A stretch of 32,000 nucleotides of DNA from Candidatus Omnitrophota bacterium (GTDB taxonomy: Bacteria > Omnitrophota > Gorgyraeia > Zapsychrales > JANLHA01), in contig OY759724.1 of NCBI GenBank assembly GCA_963662715.1, forward strand, positions 30,001 to 62,000. The letters are read 5' to 3'. Positions 20,519-29,363 of this stretch are shown one piece after another. How positions within the stretch are numbered: the stretch's first letter is position 1; each line of letters begins with the position of its first letter. Made by a program: the position numbers and the translations under genes. The notes under the pieces were generated by a model. The model was not told where the DNA came from, did no database searches, and saw only the letters and a program-made list of their open reading frames with translations.

Positions 20519-22195
20519 TCAATCCTTTAATTTTAAAACGTGTTGGTCCCGTTGAAAATTCTCTGCCCCGTATTCCGCCGCAGGCTTCAACTGCCCCTTA
20601 TAGTCGCTAAACGGCTTCTCGTGCGAAATAATATGGGGAGTAATAAAAATCACAATTTCCGTAGCCTCTATCGAAGACTCTTCCGAACTGAATAAACGTT
20701 TCACAAAAGGGATATCCATAAGAACAGGGAAACCCTTCTTCACATGAACTTTGTTTTCCTTCTTCAACCCCCCCAGAACAATCGTCATGCCGTCTTTCAC
20801 CATAACCGTCGTTTCGACTAAGGTTTTATTGACTTGAGGGATTCCTCCCCCCTGCGATTCAATAGAACCGACAACTGTCGAGATTTCCGGCTTTAAGGCC
20901 ATCGTGACAAATCCATCATTATTAATGGTCGGGGTCACGTTCACTTTTAATCCGACATCCACGAACCGGACGTCTTCCGATGTTATGGCATTATCGCCTG
21001 TCCCGGAGGTTGTTGAAATAATATAAGGGACCGTGTCACCGACATGAATCTTTGCCTCCTCGTTATTCGTGACAAGAATCTTCGGGTTCGAGAGGATTTT
21101 CGTGTTACTGACAGACTTCAAGGCTCTGATCGCCAGTTCAAACTGATTGACATCAATGTCCCCGATGCCGTAGCGCATATAATTTGAAAACAAATTGTCT
21201 CCGGAAGACAGGTTGTCTTCGTCTAAAAAGATACTGTCAAAACTCATCCGGCGCAAAATATTATAATCACTCTTTCTGAAATCCAGCTGCCAATCGATAC
21301 CGAAATCCTGCTCGGGCTTAAACACAACCTGCAAGACACGGGCTTCAACGAGCACTTCTTTTGTCGGCTGGTCCAGAGATAGTATGAGGGCTTCAATCTC
21401 ACTCCGGCGGTCCGGGAAAGCCCGCACGATGAGTTGATTCGTTCTCTCATCAACGGTAATAGACCCGACAGAATGCGCATCAATGCGTGCTTTCAATTTT
21501 TCCGCCAGCACATCCGCTTTGGCATACTGAAGCGTATAAATAAAAGGCGCCAAAGGTTTCTCCAGGCCCGAAATAGCCTCTTTCATTTTCCCAACGGTAC
21601 CTTTGTTGTCGATCAGAACCACCGACCCGGTATCCTCATCAATAATAATACGTCCCAAAGCGCTTTTAATATTTTCCAAAGCGGCCAGGACATAACTCGG
21701 CTTAGCGTATTTCAGCTGGATAATCTCAACAACACTATTGTCGTTGAATTTTTTACCGTACATCACCTCATACTCCTGTTCCGTCATAACCCGAATAATA
21801 TCATTTTCCACAATATACGCCAACCGACTGGAAAGAACCGCGATGTCCAAGGCGTCCTGAATGGAAACGCTCTTCAAATAAAACGTCGCTCTTCCCTGGA
21901 TCGTTCCGTGCGTTACAAGGTTGAAATCCCCTTTTAACGCTAAGAATTTAAGAACATCAATCACGCTCATCTCCCGAACGTCCAGGGTGATTTTTTTCTC
22001 CAAACGTTGCTCCAGGGGAATTTTCGGCCCGTCAAATTCAATCGGGCGCGGAGACGTCATTTGCAAACGCAGTTCATCTTCCTGCCGGGGGACAGTCATG
22101 TTTTGCGCTGGCAGAGGCCCGCACCAGAGACAGCCCCAGGCCACCATCAACAGGAAAAACAAAACATTCCTAAAAATATCAAGCCGGCTTTTCAT
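20519..22195 (-). CDS. Secretin (GspD/PilQ/MshL family outer-membrane channel)
   Basis: 558 aa with a signal peptide. An N0/STN-like region is present (ITLDVREMSVIDVLKFLALKGDFNLV...DALDIAV). The C-terminal secretin core is canonical: ILSNPKILVTNNEEAKIHVGDTVPYI...VDVGLKVNVTPTINNDGFVTMALKPEIS...TTVMVKDGMTIVLGGL...FPVLMDIPFVKRLF...EIVIFITPHII. The start overlaps the upstream gene's stop by 4 nt (ATGA). Confidence 0.92.
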   Translation of the reverse strand: MKSRLDIFRNVLFFLLMVAWGCLWCGPLPAQNMTVPRQEDELRLQMTSPRPIEFDGPKIPLEQRLEKKITLDVREMSVIDVLKFLALKGDFNLVTHGTIQGRATFYLKSVSIQDALDIAVLSSRLAYIVENDIIRVMTEQEYEVMYGKKFNDNSVVEIIQLKYAKPSYVLAALENIKSALGRIIIDEDTGSVVLIDNKGTVGKMKEAISGLEKPLAPFIYTLQYAKADVLAEKLKARIDAHSVGSITVDERTNQLIVRAFPDRRSEIEALILSLDQPTKEVLVEARVLQVVFKPEQDFGIDWQLDFRKSDYNILRRMSFDSIFLDEDNLSSGDNLFSNYMRYGIGDIDVNQFELAIRALKSVSNTKILSNPKILVTNNEEAKIHVGDTVPYIISTTSGTGDNAITSEDVRFVDVGLKVNVTPTINNDGFVTMALKPEISTVVGSIESQGGGIPQVNKTLVETTVMVKDGMTIVLGGLKKENKVHVKKGFPVLMDIPFVKRLFSSEESSIEATEIVIFITPHIISHEKPFSDYKGQLKPAAEYGAENFQRDQHVLKLKD

Positions 22196-22929
22196 AAACG
22201 GACGTTCATCCTTTCCCCCATGTAGGAAAAATCTACGCTGTCTGCGTAAATCTTTTCAACTTTGACCCCAAGGAACTCCTCTCCTGTTTTCAGGAAATGA
22301 GTGACCTCTGTCTGATGATCTTCTATCATGACAGTTACCGAATCCGGCGACTCAAGCCAAGAAATTCCGACCAGCTTAAACTGATTGAGTTTCTCGGCAA
22401 TCAGTTGATTAGGCAGGACTTCTTCCACGGCTTCATCCACGACTTCCACCTTTCTTTCAAAAGGCTGAAAAATATTCCGATAAGAGACAAGACTCATATA
22501 TTCCGTAACATCTTTGACAATATTTTCAAGACGGCCGGCCAGGCCTTTTTGTGAGGATGTCAAAGCAGGAATCTCTACTTGAATGGATCTTTGGGCAGAC
22601 TTCATGCCTTTGCTGAAATCAGACACAAAATAGGCGCCCACAAGCAAAAGGGCAAAAAACAAAACTTTGTTTAATTCCCTGACGCTTAATGTCTGCGGTA
22701 TTTGAGCCATTGTGGCGGGATTCCGGATCAGCTGAAACAATTGTCCGATCCCGGATGGTAAAGTGAGCGTGCCCATCCCCAAACTTTGAACCGAATCCAA
22801 GGTCTTCTGCGCATCCGCATTGACCGAGGCAGCAGAGGAAGAGGACGGCGCAGCAGCAGAAGCGGGTTCCTGAGCTTCTGTGGCCTCAATGAGTTTGAGA
22901 AGTTTTTGTTCTGCAGTTTCTTTGGCCAT
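22192..22929 (-). CDS. Bitopic inner-membrane protein with a GspC/PilP-like (HR-type) C-terminal domain
   Basis: 245 aa. The N-region is low complexity and A/S-rich. There is one TM segment (VLFFALLLVGAYFV). The C-terminus LVGISWLESPDSVTVMIEDHQTEVTHFLKTGEEFLGVKVEKIYADSVDFSYMGERMNVRL matches the 'L-x-G-I ... A-x-I ... y-x-x-G-d-x-l ... v-x-x-I ... V-x-l ... g' pattern of secretin-binding domains. The stop is translationally coupled to the secretin start. Confidence 0.5.
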   Translation of the reverse strand: MAKETAEQKLLKLIEATEAQEPASAAAPSSSSAASVNADAQKTLDSVQSLGMGTLTLPSGIGQLFQLIRNPATMAQIPQTLSVRELNKVLFFALLLVGAYFVSDFSKGMKSAQRSIQVEIPALTSSQKGLAGRLENIVKDVTEYMSLVSYRNIFQPFERKVEVVDEAVEEVLPNQLIAEKLNQFKLVGISWLESPDSVTVMIEDHQTEVTHFLKTGEEFLGVKVEKIYADSVDFSYMGERMNVRL

Positions 22930-22965
22930 ATAATTAACTTAAATCATAACACCAATCAACGCTTC

Positions 22966-23901
22966 TTATCCTTGAGGGGATTCCCCCTGTTTGAAGCCTG
23001 CATGCGGGAATAATCGGTATCCCAAATCGAACGGATTTTGCTGGGGAAGGTCAAGGCCCCGTATCCGGAATTGCTCTTCCTTATCAACCACGTCTCGCAC
23101 TAATCTTCGATCAACGGCATGCTTATTCTGCAAGATTAACTCTTTAAGGACCTGATGACATAGTTTCGTGATTTTCCGCGGATAACCTCGTGTGTAGTTA
23201 TAAATCTCTGATATCGCCTCATCCAGGAACAATTCCATCCGGCTATTATACCCGGCTGTCGTCACGCGGAAGAGGATCAATTCTTTCGTTTCTTTTGCGT
23301 CAAGCGGATTGAGAGTATATTTAAAACTTACCCGATCAATAAAATTCGGCATCGTCATAATCTTGGCGTATAATTCCACCTGCCCCAACAAAACAAGCTG
23401 TAAAAGTTTGAACTCATTGGTTTCAAAATTTAAAAGCACGCGCAAAGTTTCCAGTGTTTCCAAATCCAATTTCTGAGCCTCATCAATGATTAATATGACC
23501 GTTTGCCTTTCTTCCAAGGCTTTATGAATAAGAAATTTTTCAAAAGCATCGCGCAATTCTAAAATATCAGCCTTATAAGGATCAAATCCGAAAAAAGAAT
23601 CAACGTTAAAATTTCTGGCCAGGGAGATAAGGAATTGTTTTTCATCGGAGAAGACGGGATTGAGGATAATGTGAAAAAGCATATTGCCGCGCTTTTTCAA
23701 TTCCTGAACAAGCAATCGGGACAGACTTGTTTTCCCGGTTCCGACATCGCCAAAAATCACGGACAAGCCTCGTTTGAGATGAAGCTCAATCAGGATATTT
23801 GTGAGAGCCATGTCATGTTCTTTTGTGAGATAAAAGAACTCGGGATCCGGGCTCGTGGAGAATGGTTCTTTATGAAATCCTAAAAGTGTATAATAGGCCA
23901 T
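22966..23901 (-). CDS. ExeA/GspA/MshM-family AAA ATPase (secretin assembly factor type)
   Basis: 311 aa. The N-terminus MAYYTLLGFHKEPFSTSPDPEFFYLTKEHDMAL is typical of ExeA. The Walker A motif is GDVGTGKTS and the Walker B motif is VILIIDEAQKL. Confidence 0.85.
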   Translation of the reverse strand: MAYYTLLGFHKEPFSTSPDPEFFYLTKEHDMALTNILIELHLKRGLSVIFGDVGTGKTSLSRLLVQELKKRGNMLFHIILNPVFSDEKQFLISLARNFNVDSFFGFDPYKADILELRDAFEKFLIHKALEERQTVILIIDEAQKLDLETLETLRVLLNFETNEFKLLQLVLLGQVELYAKIMTMPNFIDRVSFKYTLNPLDAKETKELILFRVTTAGYNSRMELFLDEAISEIYNYTRGYPRKITKLCHQVLKELILQNKHAVDRRLVRDVVDKEEQFRIRGLDLPQQNPFDLGYRLFPHAGFKQGESPQG

Positions 23902-23929
23902 AGTTCTTTTAAAAAGGACTATAAATAAA

Positions 23930-23959
23930 AGTATAAAATATGTTTTCCCTAAAATGCAA
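23930..23959 (-). promoter_or_regulatory. Candidate sigma70-like promoter for the ExeA-secretin operon
   Basis: On the minus strand, TTGCAT - 18 nt - TATACT sits in the AT-rich 273-bp spacer (23902-24174), about 30-55 nt upstream of the ATG at 23901. The match is weak and was made by eye only. Confidence 0.2.
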
Positions 23960-24174
23960 ATTTAAATTACATGTTGATTCTAACATAAGTGCCTAAGGGC
24001 ACAAATACTTAATTGTCTTTTTTTTGAGCATTTTTCACATATTTAGGCGTTTTTCTCGAGGAGAAAATAGAAAGGTGGCCAACGGAGTTCTCAGGAGGAA
24101 AATTTTTGATAAAATTATGAATTTTTCTTACACAAAACCTCTAGAAAACCAGAGAATTAAGGCTTTATGCCCCT

Positions 24175-25158
24175 TCACTTGGAAGCCCTCCGGCAACAAA
24201 AAGCGACAAATCCCGCAAAAAATCCCAGACTTCTTTCAACAGCTCTTAATAACATAATGATTGTAAATTTAATAATATTATTCTTTCTACATTTTATTTT
24301 AATACTAAAATGGAATTCTAATGCTGTTAGGAATATCAAAAGTAAAAAGAAGAAGGATATTACACGTAAGCCCCCCCCGAGAAAACTCGCGGCCAGCACC
24401 ACGGCCCCGGCATAAACAGCAGCAATTTCCGCAGAGTCCTTCCAGAACGTATAATCGTCTCCCCGCATCATTGAAGGATGACAAAGATACATTTTAAATC
24501 GCCAAAATCCATGCCGATATTGTTCACGCAAATATCTTCCGGCATGCTCAGGATGGTAATGATCAACCAGGGCCTTTTTGGCGAAAAAAATTTTATACCC
24601 GGAAGACAGCACTCGATAACTCAGATCATTATCTTCTCCGCTGGCATGCCTGTATTCCCCGTTAAACCCCCCCAGCGCCACGAACAATGACCGCCGGAGA
24701 GCGACATTATAACTTCCGAAGGCTTTAGGATAATCCGGCATTCGATTATGCCGGAATAAAATCTCCCGATAAACACAATCCGCCAACCATGCCCCGGGGT
24801 TAGCGATTCCGTAACTTCCCATTACGGCACCGACGGACGCTCCGGAAAAATGTTCAACAAGAGCACTCACCCAGTTCGGATGAGGAACACAATCAGCGTC
24901 CGTGAAACAGACAAACTCTCCCCGGGCACATTCTGCCCCCCTATTTCTTGCCCTCGCCGGACCAGCATTATCCTGGTAAATATAATGAACCCCTTCAAAA
25001 GACCGGACATATTGCGCCGTCCGGTCAGATGACCCGTCATCCACGACGACAATTTCTAACTCGCCAGCGTAATCTTGCGCGAGAGATGCTTGAATCGTCT
25101 GACGAATCGTTGCCTCTGCATTGTAGGCCGGGATGATAATACTGATGTCTTCAGGCAT
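24175..25158 (-). CDS. Family 2 glycosyltransferase with C-terminal membrane segments
   Basis: 327 aa. GT-A signatures are present: ISIIIPAYNAEATI, EIVVVDDGSSDRT, FTDADCV. The C-terminus is hydrophobic (AAVYAGAVVLAASFLGGGLRVISFFFLLLIFL). Confidence 0.85.
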   Translation of the reverse strand: MPEDISIIIPAYNAEATIRQTIQASLAQDYAGELEIVVVDDGSSDRTAQYVRSFEGVHYIYQDNAGPARARNRGAECARGEFVCFTDADCVPHPNWVSALVEHFSGASVGAVMGSYGIANPGAWLADCVYREILFRHNRMPDYPKAFGSYNVALRRSLFVALGGFNGEYRHASGEDNDLSYRVLSSGYKIFFAKKALVDHYHPEHAGRYLREQYRHGFWRFKMYLCHPSMMRGDDYTFWKDSAEIAAVYAGAVVLAASFLGGGLRVISFFFLLLIFLTALEFHFSIKIKCRKNNIIKFTIIMLLRAVERSLGFFAGFVAFCCRRASK

Positions 25159-25181
25159 ATTATTCGGGAGGTTATCTGTTT

Positions 25182-25838
25182 CTAATGTTTTTTTCCGACA
25201 GCAAAAAGCAGCATTCCAAATTGACGGCCCAAAAAAGAATCCGGAGACCAGAGGAAGGGCAACGTATTGATCCCCCCGGAGGAAATCACCCTCAGGCCAT
25301 TACGTTCGTAAAGATGCTGCAGGCCCTTCAACACAAACGGATCTTCTTTGATGCCGGGCATAAAAAAAGGACGAATCAGCTGCCATGGCGACCAACGATT
25401 CGGAACAACAGTGACCAGGAAGCCGTCATGACGCAACAGGGACATCAAATTGCGCACGATCATGTCCTGTTCTTGCAGATTAAAATGTTCAAAAAGACCG
25501 TCTGAAAAAATGAGATCAAAAGCGCCGTCTATGCCGCTGCGGAAACTGGATGACAACAAATCAGCCTTGACAACCCGGGCCCGACGGCCCGTGCTCTGAC
25601 GGGTCAAGTCAAGAGCCGACTGAGAATAATCCAGAGCCACGGTGCGCGCCCCCTGATCACAAAAATACTTTGAAAAAAATCCGCTACCGCAGCCCGCATC
25701 CAGGACATCCATCTCTTTCGACACATAAGGAGAGACTATTTGAATAATTCTCTTTTTGGACCAGGAGATGTTCGTGCCAGAAGGGATGTTATCCTTCCCC
25801 CAAAAATTATCCCAGTTTTTTGAAGAACACTTGGCCAT
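25182..25838 (-). CDS. Class I SAM-dependent methyltransferase
   Basis: 218 aa. Motif I is VLDAGCGSGFFSKYF. An acidic post-I residue follows (VALDYS), and the DLIFSDGLFEHF motif is present. Confidence 0.8.
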   Translation of the reverse strand: MAKCSSKNWDNFWGKDNIPSGTNISWSKKRIIQIVSPYVSKEMDVLDAGCGSGFFSKYFCDQGARTVALDYSQSALDLTRQSTGRRARVVKADLLSSSFRSGIDGAFDLIFSDGLFEHFNLQEQDMIVRNLMSLLRHDGFLVTVVPNRWSPWQLIRPFFMPGIKEDPFVLKGLQHLYERNGLRVISSGGINTLPFLWSPDSFLGRQFGMLLFAVGKKH

Positions 25839-25888
25839 AACGGTTATCTTTTATTTTAAAAAAAGCACCCATGACAAAAACCGCAAAA

Positions 25889-26263
25889 TCATGTTTCACG
25901 GCTGTTTGTATCTGCGTCCATTCTCTTGGTTATTTTTTCAAGCTTATTTTCCAGCAACCCGATTTTTTGCGCCATACGATCATTACGGCTATTTTGCTGA
26001 CAAAGTAAAATCGTTAACAAAAGGCTCAAAAAAACGAAGACGCAAATCATGGCGAAAAAAATAAAGTTACTTAACAATTCAAACCCAAAAACTCTGGAGA
26101 CGGCATGTAGGAATCCGTCAAAGACAGACAACAAAAGCCCTGCCAGCGAGACCAAAATCCATCCAGCCGCGTATTTAAATGTCAGCTTTTCTCGTCGGAC
26201 CAGTTCAACAATAAAAACAAATAAAACCAACGCCAAAAAAACAGACAACACTTTTGCGTTCAT
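25889..26263 (-). CDS. DUF2304-like small membrane protein (a typical GT2 partner)
   Basis: 124 aa with 3-4 TM segments. The 'VELVRREKLTFKYAAGWIL' motif is as I recall for DUF2304. A C-terminal amphipathic helix is present. The start overlaps the upstream GT2 stop by 4 nt. Confidence 0.6.
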   Translation of the reverse strand: MNAKVLSVFLALVLFVFIVELVRREKLTFKYAAGWILVSLAGLLLSVFDGFLHAVSRVFGFELLSNFIFFAMICVFVFLSLLLTILLCQQNSRNDRMAQKIGLLENKLEKITKRMDADTNSRET

Positions 26264-26985
26264 GACTGCGCTCCACCCTGTTTTTTAATCATACTTATAA
26301 ACACAGCAAAGGTCACCTTCACCATATAATAAAGCGTCACCAGATAACGGATTGAACTGTGCCCGGCCGAACGCTTACGCATCTGGACGGGGACTTCTTT
26401 CATCCGCAAGCCCGTTCGTTTAGCGACAACGACGGATTCGGGTTCGGGGAAATCATGAGGATAGCTTTCCGCAAAAACCTTAACAGCGTTCCTATGAAAT
26501 GCCTGGAATCCGGAGGTTGAATCAGTTATGCGAGACCGCGTCAACCAGCTAAGAAGATTGGCAAAAAAATGTATCCCTACCCGACGGATCAAGGACGAAC
26601 GATAGCCAAGGAACGGGGGGATAAAACGGCTCCCGACGACGATATCCACCTCGTCATTTAAGACAGGCTGCAACAGGTCGCCAAGATACCGGACATCATG
26701 CTGCCCGTCCCCGTCGATGCGCACGACGACATCATAATCATTTTCTTCAGCATAAAGGAATCCCGTCTGGACAGCGCCCCCGATCCCCAAGTTAAAAGGG
26801 AGACTTACGACTTCTTCCCCGAGAGATGACACGTCATCTCTTGTCCCGTCTGTTGAGCCGTCGTCAATGACAACGACATCCAGATCGATCGCCGTCTGCC
26901 TGATTTCCTGCAGCGTGCCTTTAATACTCCCGGACTCATTATAGGCAGGAACGATGACGAGGATCTTTTTACCCGTGGCCTTCAT
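26260..26985 (-). CDS. Family 2 glycosyltransferase (polyprenyl-phosphate sugar synthase-like)
   Basis: 241 aa. Motifs present: KILVIVPAYNESGSI, VVVIDDGSTDGT, VVRIDGDGQHD. Confidence 0.85.
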   Translation of the reverse strand: MKATGKKILVIVPAYNESGSIKGTLQEIRQTAIDLDVVVIDDGSTDGTRDDVSSLGEEVVSLPFNLGIGGAVQTGFLYAEENDYDVVVRIDGDGQHDVRYLGDLLQPVLNDEVDIVVGSRFIPPFLGYRSSLIRRVGIHFFANLLSWLTRSRITDSTSGFQAFHRNAVKVFAESYPHDFPEPESVVVAKRTGLRMKEVPVQMRKRSAGHSSIRYLVTLYYMVKVTFAVFISMIKKQGGAQS

Positions 26986-27053
26986 TTCCGTTAAGACACC
27001 TTGTTATTAGCAGCCTGTATTCAATCACATAAAATTAGTTGTCCCGGCACATC

Positions 27054-27080
27054 AACCTCATACCCGTAAGGGATGAGGTT
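27054..27080 (-). terminator. Possible hairpin terminator after the 27113..27478 gene
   Basis: aacctcataccc-gtaa-gggatgaggtt forms an 11-bp stem with one bulge. No clean U-tract follows on the minus strand, so this is weak. Confidence 0.25.
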
Positions 27081-27112
27081 CAAGCCAAATATTTAAAACT
27101 CAAAAAAACTTT

Positions 27113-27478
27113 TCATTTTCCAAAAGCCTGGCGCAGCCGATCTTTAAGGCTGTAGTTTATCACATAACCGGAGAATTGAATAACGACGCCTCCCATCATC
27201 AACTTATCAATTTTATAAATCACCCGGGGCGCTTCCCCCCAGTTGCGCTTAACGACCTGCCCCACACGACGAACCATTGTAGCGGGCAAAGGTTTTCTGG
27301 AGGTGACAACAACCTCCTGAATCATCGCAGACTCAACCCGGGGTGATAAAAGTTCAAATTGTTTGACAGCGGCATCAAGGAGGCTGTTATCCAAAACAGC
27401 CTTTAAGACCAGGATGACAATCGCCGCAACGAACAACTGTCCCAGTATCAATTTAAAAAAGATTGAAAGAAAGATCAT
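27113..27478 (-). CDS. Small N-terminally anchored membrane protein with an ATP synthase delta (OSCP)-like C-terminal motif
   Basis: 121 aa. The TM segment is LILGQLFVAAIVILVLKAVL. The C-terminus KIDKLMMGGVVIQFSGYVINYSLKDRLRQAF resembles the OSCP/delta tail 'iD-x-s-L-i-GG-x-v-i-x-x-G-d-x-v-i-D-x-S-v-r-x-r-L'. Confidence 0.6.
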   Translation of the reverse strand: MIFLSIFFKLILGQLFVAAIVILVLKAVLDNSLLDAAVKQFELLSPRVESAMIQEVVVTSRKPLPATMVRRVGQVVKRNWGEAPRVIYKIDKLMMGGVVIQFSGYVINYSLKDRLRQAFGK

Positions 27479-27540
27479 TTCCGATTCCCGGGCAACATTC
27501 CTTTAGGCGGGTTATCTGAAACAACTTAACAGAAAACCGT

Positions 27541-28815
27541 TTATTTCTCCTCTGCTTTTCTTTTTTTCACTAAATACTGAACGGCCGTCTGCAGGAGATC
27601 ATCATCCTCCGGGGCTGCCCTATAGTCGGGCTCAACTCCCCGGAAACTAAAAACCGTACCATCGGGGTGAAAGCCCCGGGCCGTAACAAGAAGCACCATG
27701 GAATCGTCTTCAAAGTTGAACATGCTCTTTAAGAACACTTGTCCCGCCGTATTGGTTCCCATAATAACGGCGCGGCCCCTGTTCTGCAAAATACCGGAGA
27801 ACAATTCCGCAGCGCTTCCGCTCTTCTTATTAACCAGAACAACAATGTCCCCCCGGAAGTGAAAGCGATCCGGGATACGGGGGACATCAAGAACAGCCCG
27901 GGGTTTATCCTTTTTCTGGAAATAGGCAAATTCCTCTTGCGGCGGCAAAAAGAACGCCGATATCTCCCGGGCGGCCAAAGGAGGTCCGCCCGGATTATCC
28001 CTTAAATCGATAATCAGACTGGCACCCTCCTCTTTTAAAATATGTGACATAAACAATGTCATATCTTCGGACGTTTTCCGGTTAAAACGTTGTATTTGCA
28101 GACAGTATATCCCCGGGACATCAACAGGCACAAAAAAAACAGTCTGCTTAAAATATTCTCTACTCAGCAAATCCACGCTCTGTTCCGCATGAGTCGCATC
28201 GGACAGATAAGACAAATTGACCGTGGTTCCCTCTAAAGGTGTCAACAGATCCTGAATTTGCGCTTCTGTCATATCCTCCACGGGTTGTCGGTCTATTAAA
28301 AGGATATAATCCTTGGGCCTGATCCCTTTATCATAGGCGTCTGAACGGGGCTCAACATGATAAAGCCGGTATCCTTCCGGGGTAAAAACACCTTCCAAAC
28401 CCAAATCAATCCGCTTGCCCAGGACTTCCTGTTCATATTCATCGGCCGCCTGCGGGGGGAAAAAAGCAGAAAAAATATCTTCTTCATCTTTCAGATAATC
28501 GACCAGATAAGCGGCACTCCGCCATTTTATGTAATCATTGGATTTCTGCGATTGCTGCAATTGAGGATAAATTTTGGAATCAAACATTTTGAGAAACCGA
28601 TGAAAATGATCACGATCGACCGTGAAGAAATAATTTTCGTCCATTGTCTGGTAGACCTCCTCGAAGAACGATAGATATTCCTGATAATCTTCACGATCCT
28701 TTTCTGTTTTCATGTCGGGATTCGCCTTCTCCGAGGCCAAAGTCACGGGCTCCACACCTACACATCCCCAAGAATAAAAACATACAAAAATTACTAAAAT
28801 AAAAAAGGGTCTCAT
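27541..28815 (-). CDS. S41-family C-terminal processing peptidase (PDZ-containing, possible lipoprotein)
   Basis: 424 aa. The signal region carries FYSWGC. The PDZ-like segment is GYRLYHVEPRSDAYDKGIRPKDYILLIDRQPVEDM. S41 motifs are present: LIIDLRDNPGGP and VLVNKKSGSAAELFSGILQ. Confidence 0.85.
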   Translation of the reverse strand: MRPFFILVIFVCFYSWGCVGVEPVTLASEKANPDMKTEKDREDYQEYLSFFEEVYQTMDENYFFTVDRDHFHRFLKMFDSKIYPQLQQSQKSNDYIKWRSAAYLVDYLKDEEDIFSAFFPPQAADEYEQEVLGKRIDLGLEGVFTPEGYRLYHVEPRSDAYDKGIRPKDYILLIDRQPVEDMTEAQIQDLLTPLEGTTVNLSYLSDATHAEQSVDLLSREYFKQTVFFVPVDVPGIYCLQIQRFNRKTSEDMTLFMSHILKEEGASLIIDLRDNPGGPPLAAREISAFFLPPQEEFAYFQKKDKPRAVLDVPRIPDRFHFRGDIVVLVNKKSGSAAELFSGILQNRGRAVIMGTNTAGQVFLKSMFNFEDDSMVLLVTARGFHPDGTVFSFRGVEPDYRAAPEDDDLLQTAVQYLVKKRKAEEK

Positions 28816-28873
28816 AATTTTTCGCAGTTAGTAGAAATTATAACATATGCCGCTGGCAAACGACCGGAAAACT

Positions 28874-28912
28874 CAAAAATCCCATTGCCTTGTTAGGACA
28901 ATGGGATTTTTG
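28874..28912 (-). terminator. Intrinsic terminator downstream of the EF-hand gene
   Basis: A perfect 14-bp inverted repeat, caaaaatcccattg / caatgggatttttg, has an 11-nt loop. On the minus strand the stem ends in GGGAUUUUUG. It begins 22 nt after the stop at 28934. Confidence 0.7.
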
Positions 28913-28933
28913 CTCAAATCACAAAGTCATTCT

Positions 28934-29359
28934 TTATTTTTTAACTTTCAGCTCAAGGCTCCTCACTTCATAACGGCTGATATATCCGTCACTATTGGTG
29001 TCATAAGATTCCAAAACATCCGACATCACAACAGCCCGGCCATCATTCTCGACTTCTTTAATCACATCCATAAAGAGCCTTTTAAGCTCCTCTTCCTGCA
29101 ATTGTCCGTCACGGTCTTGATCGTATTTTTTCTCAAATCTGTTTTGCACCTTGAAAGTTTCGCTGCCTTGATTCGCTGAAGATCTTGTGGCTGAAGTCGT
29201 TGTTCTGGCTGTCGTCCTTGTCGTTGCAGGAGAAGAGCCTGACTGCTGCTGTTGATAACGGCTGCGGCGTTCGTAATCGATCAATTGAGCATTTACGAGT
29301 TGAGCAGAGAGAAAACAAAGCATAAATATCACGATGGTCAAAGCTATGCCTTTTTTCAT
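28934..29359 (-). CDS. Secreted EF-hand calcium-binding protein
   Basis: 141 aa. The signal peptide is MKKGIALTIVIFMLCFLSAQLVNAQ. There are two canonical 12-residue EF loops, DQDRDGQLQEEE and DTNSDGYISRYE. Confidence 0.8.
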   Translation of the reverse strand: MKKGIALTIVIFMLCFLSAQLVNAQLIDYERRSRYQQQQSGSSPATTRTTARTTTSATRSSANQGSETFKVQNRFEKKYDQDRDGQLQEEELKRLFMDVIKEVENDGRAVVMSDVLESYDTNSDGYISRYEVRSLELKVKK

Positions 29360-29363
29360 CTTG

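Noticed and set aside
23902-24174. I inspected the 273-bp AT-rich spacer for an ncRNA, riboswitch or terminator. It contains a small hairpin, gtgcc-taag-ggcac, at about 23989..24002.
   Set aside because: The stem is only 5 bp with no U-tract, and I recognise no conserved RNA motif. Only a weak promoter candidate is reported, at low confidence.
24024-24415. Plus-strand ORFs 24024..24257 and 24167..24415 lie in the AT-rich spacer and the 3' end of the GT2 gene.
   Set aside because: They are short and K/I/F-rich as expected from AT-rich sequence. They overlap the GT2 C-terminal membrane segments on the opposite strand and have no RBS or motifs.
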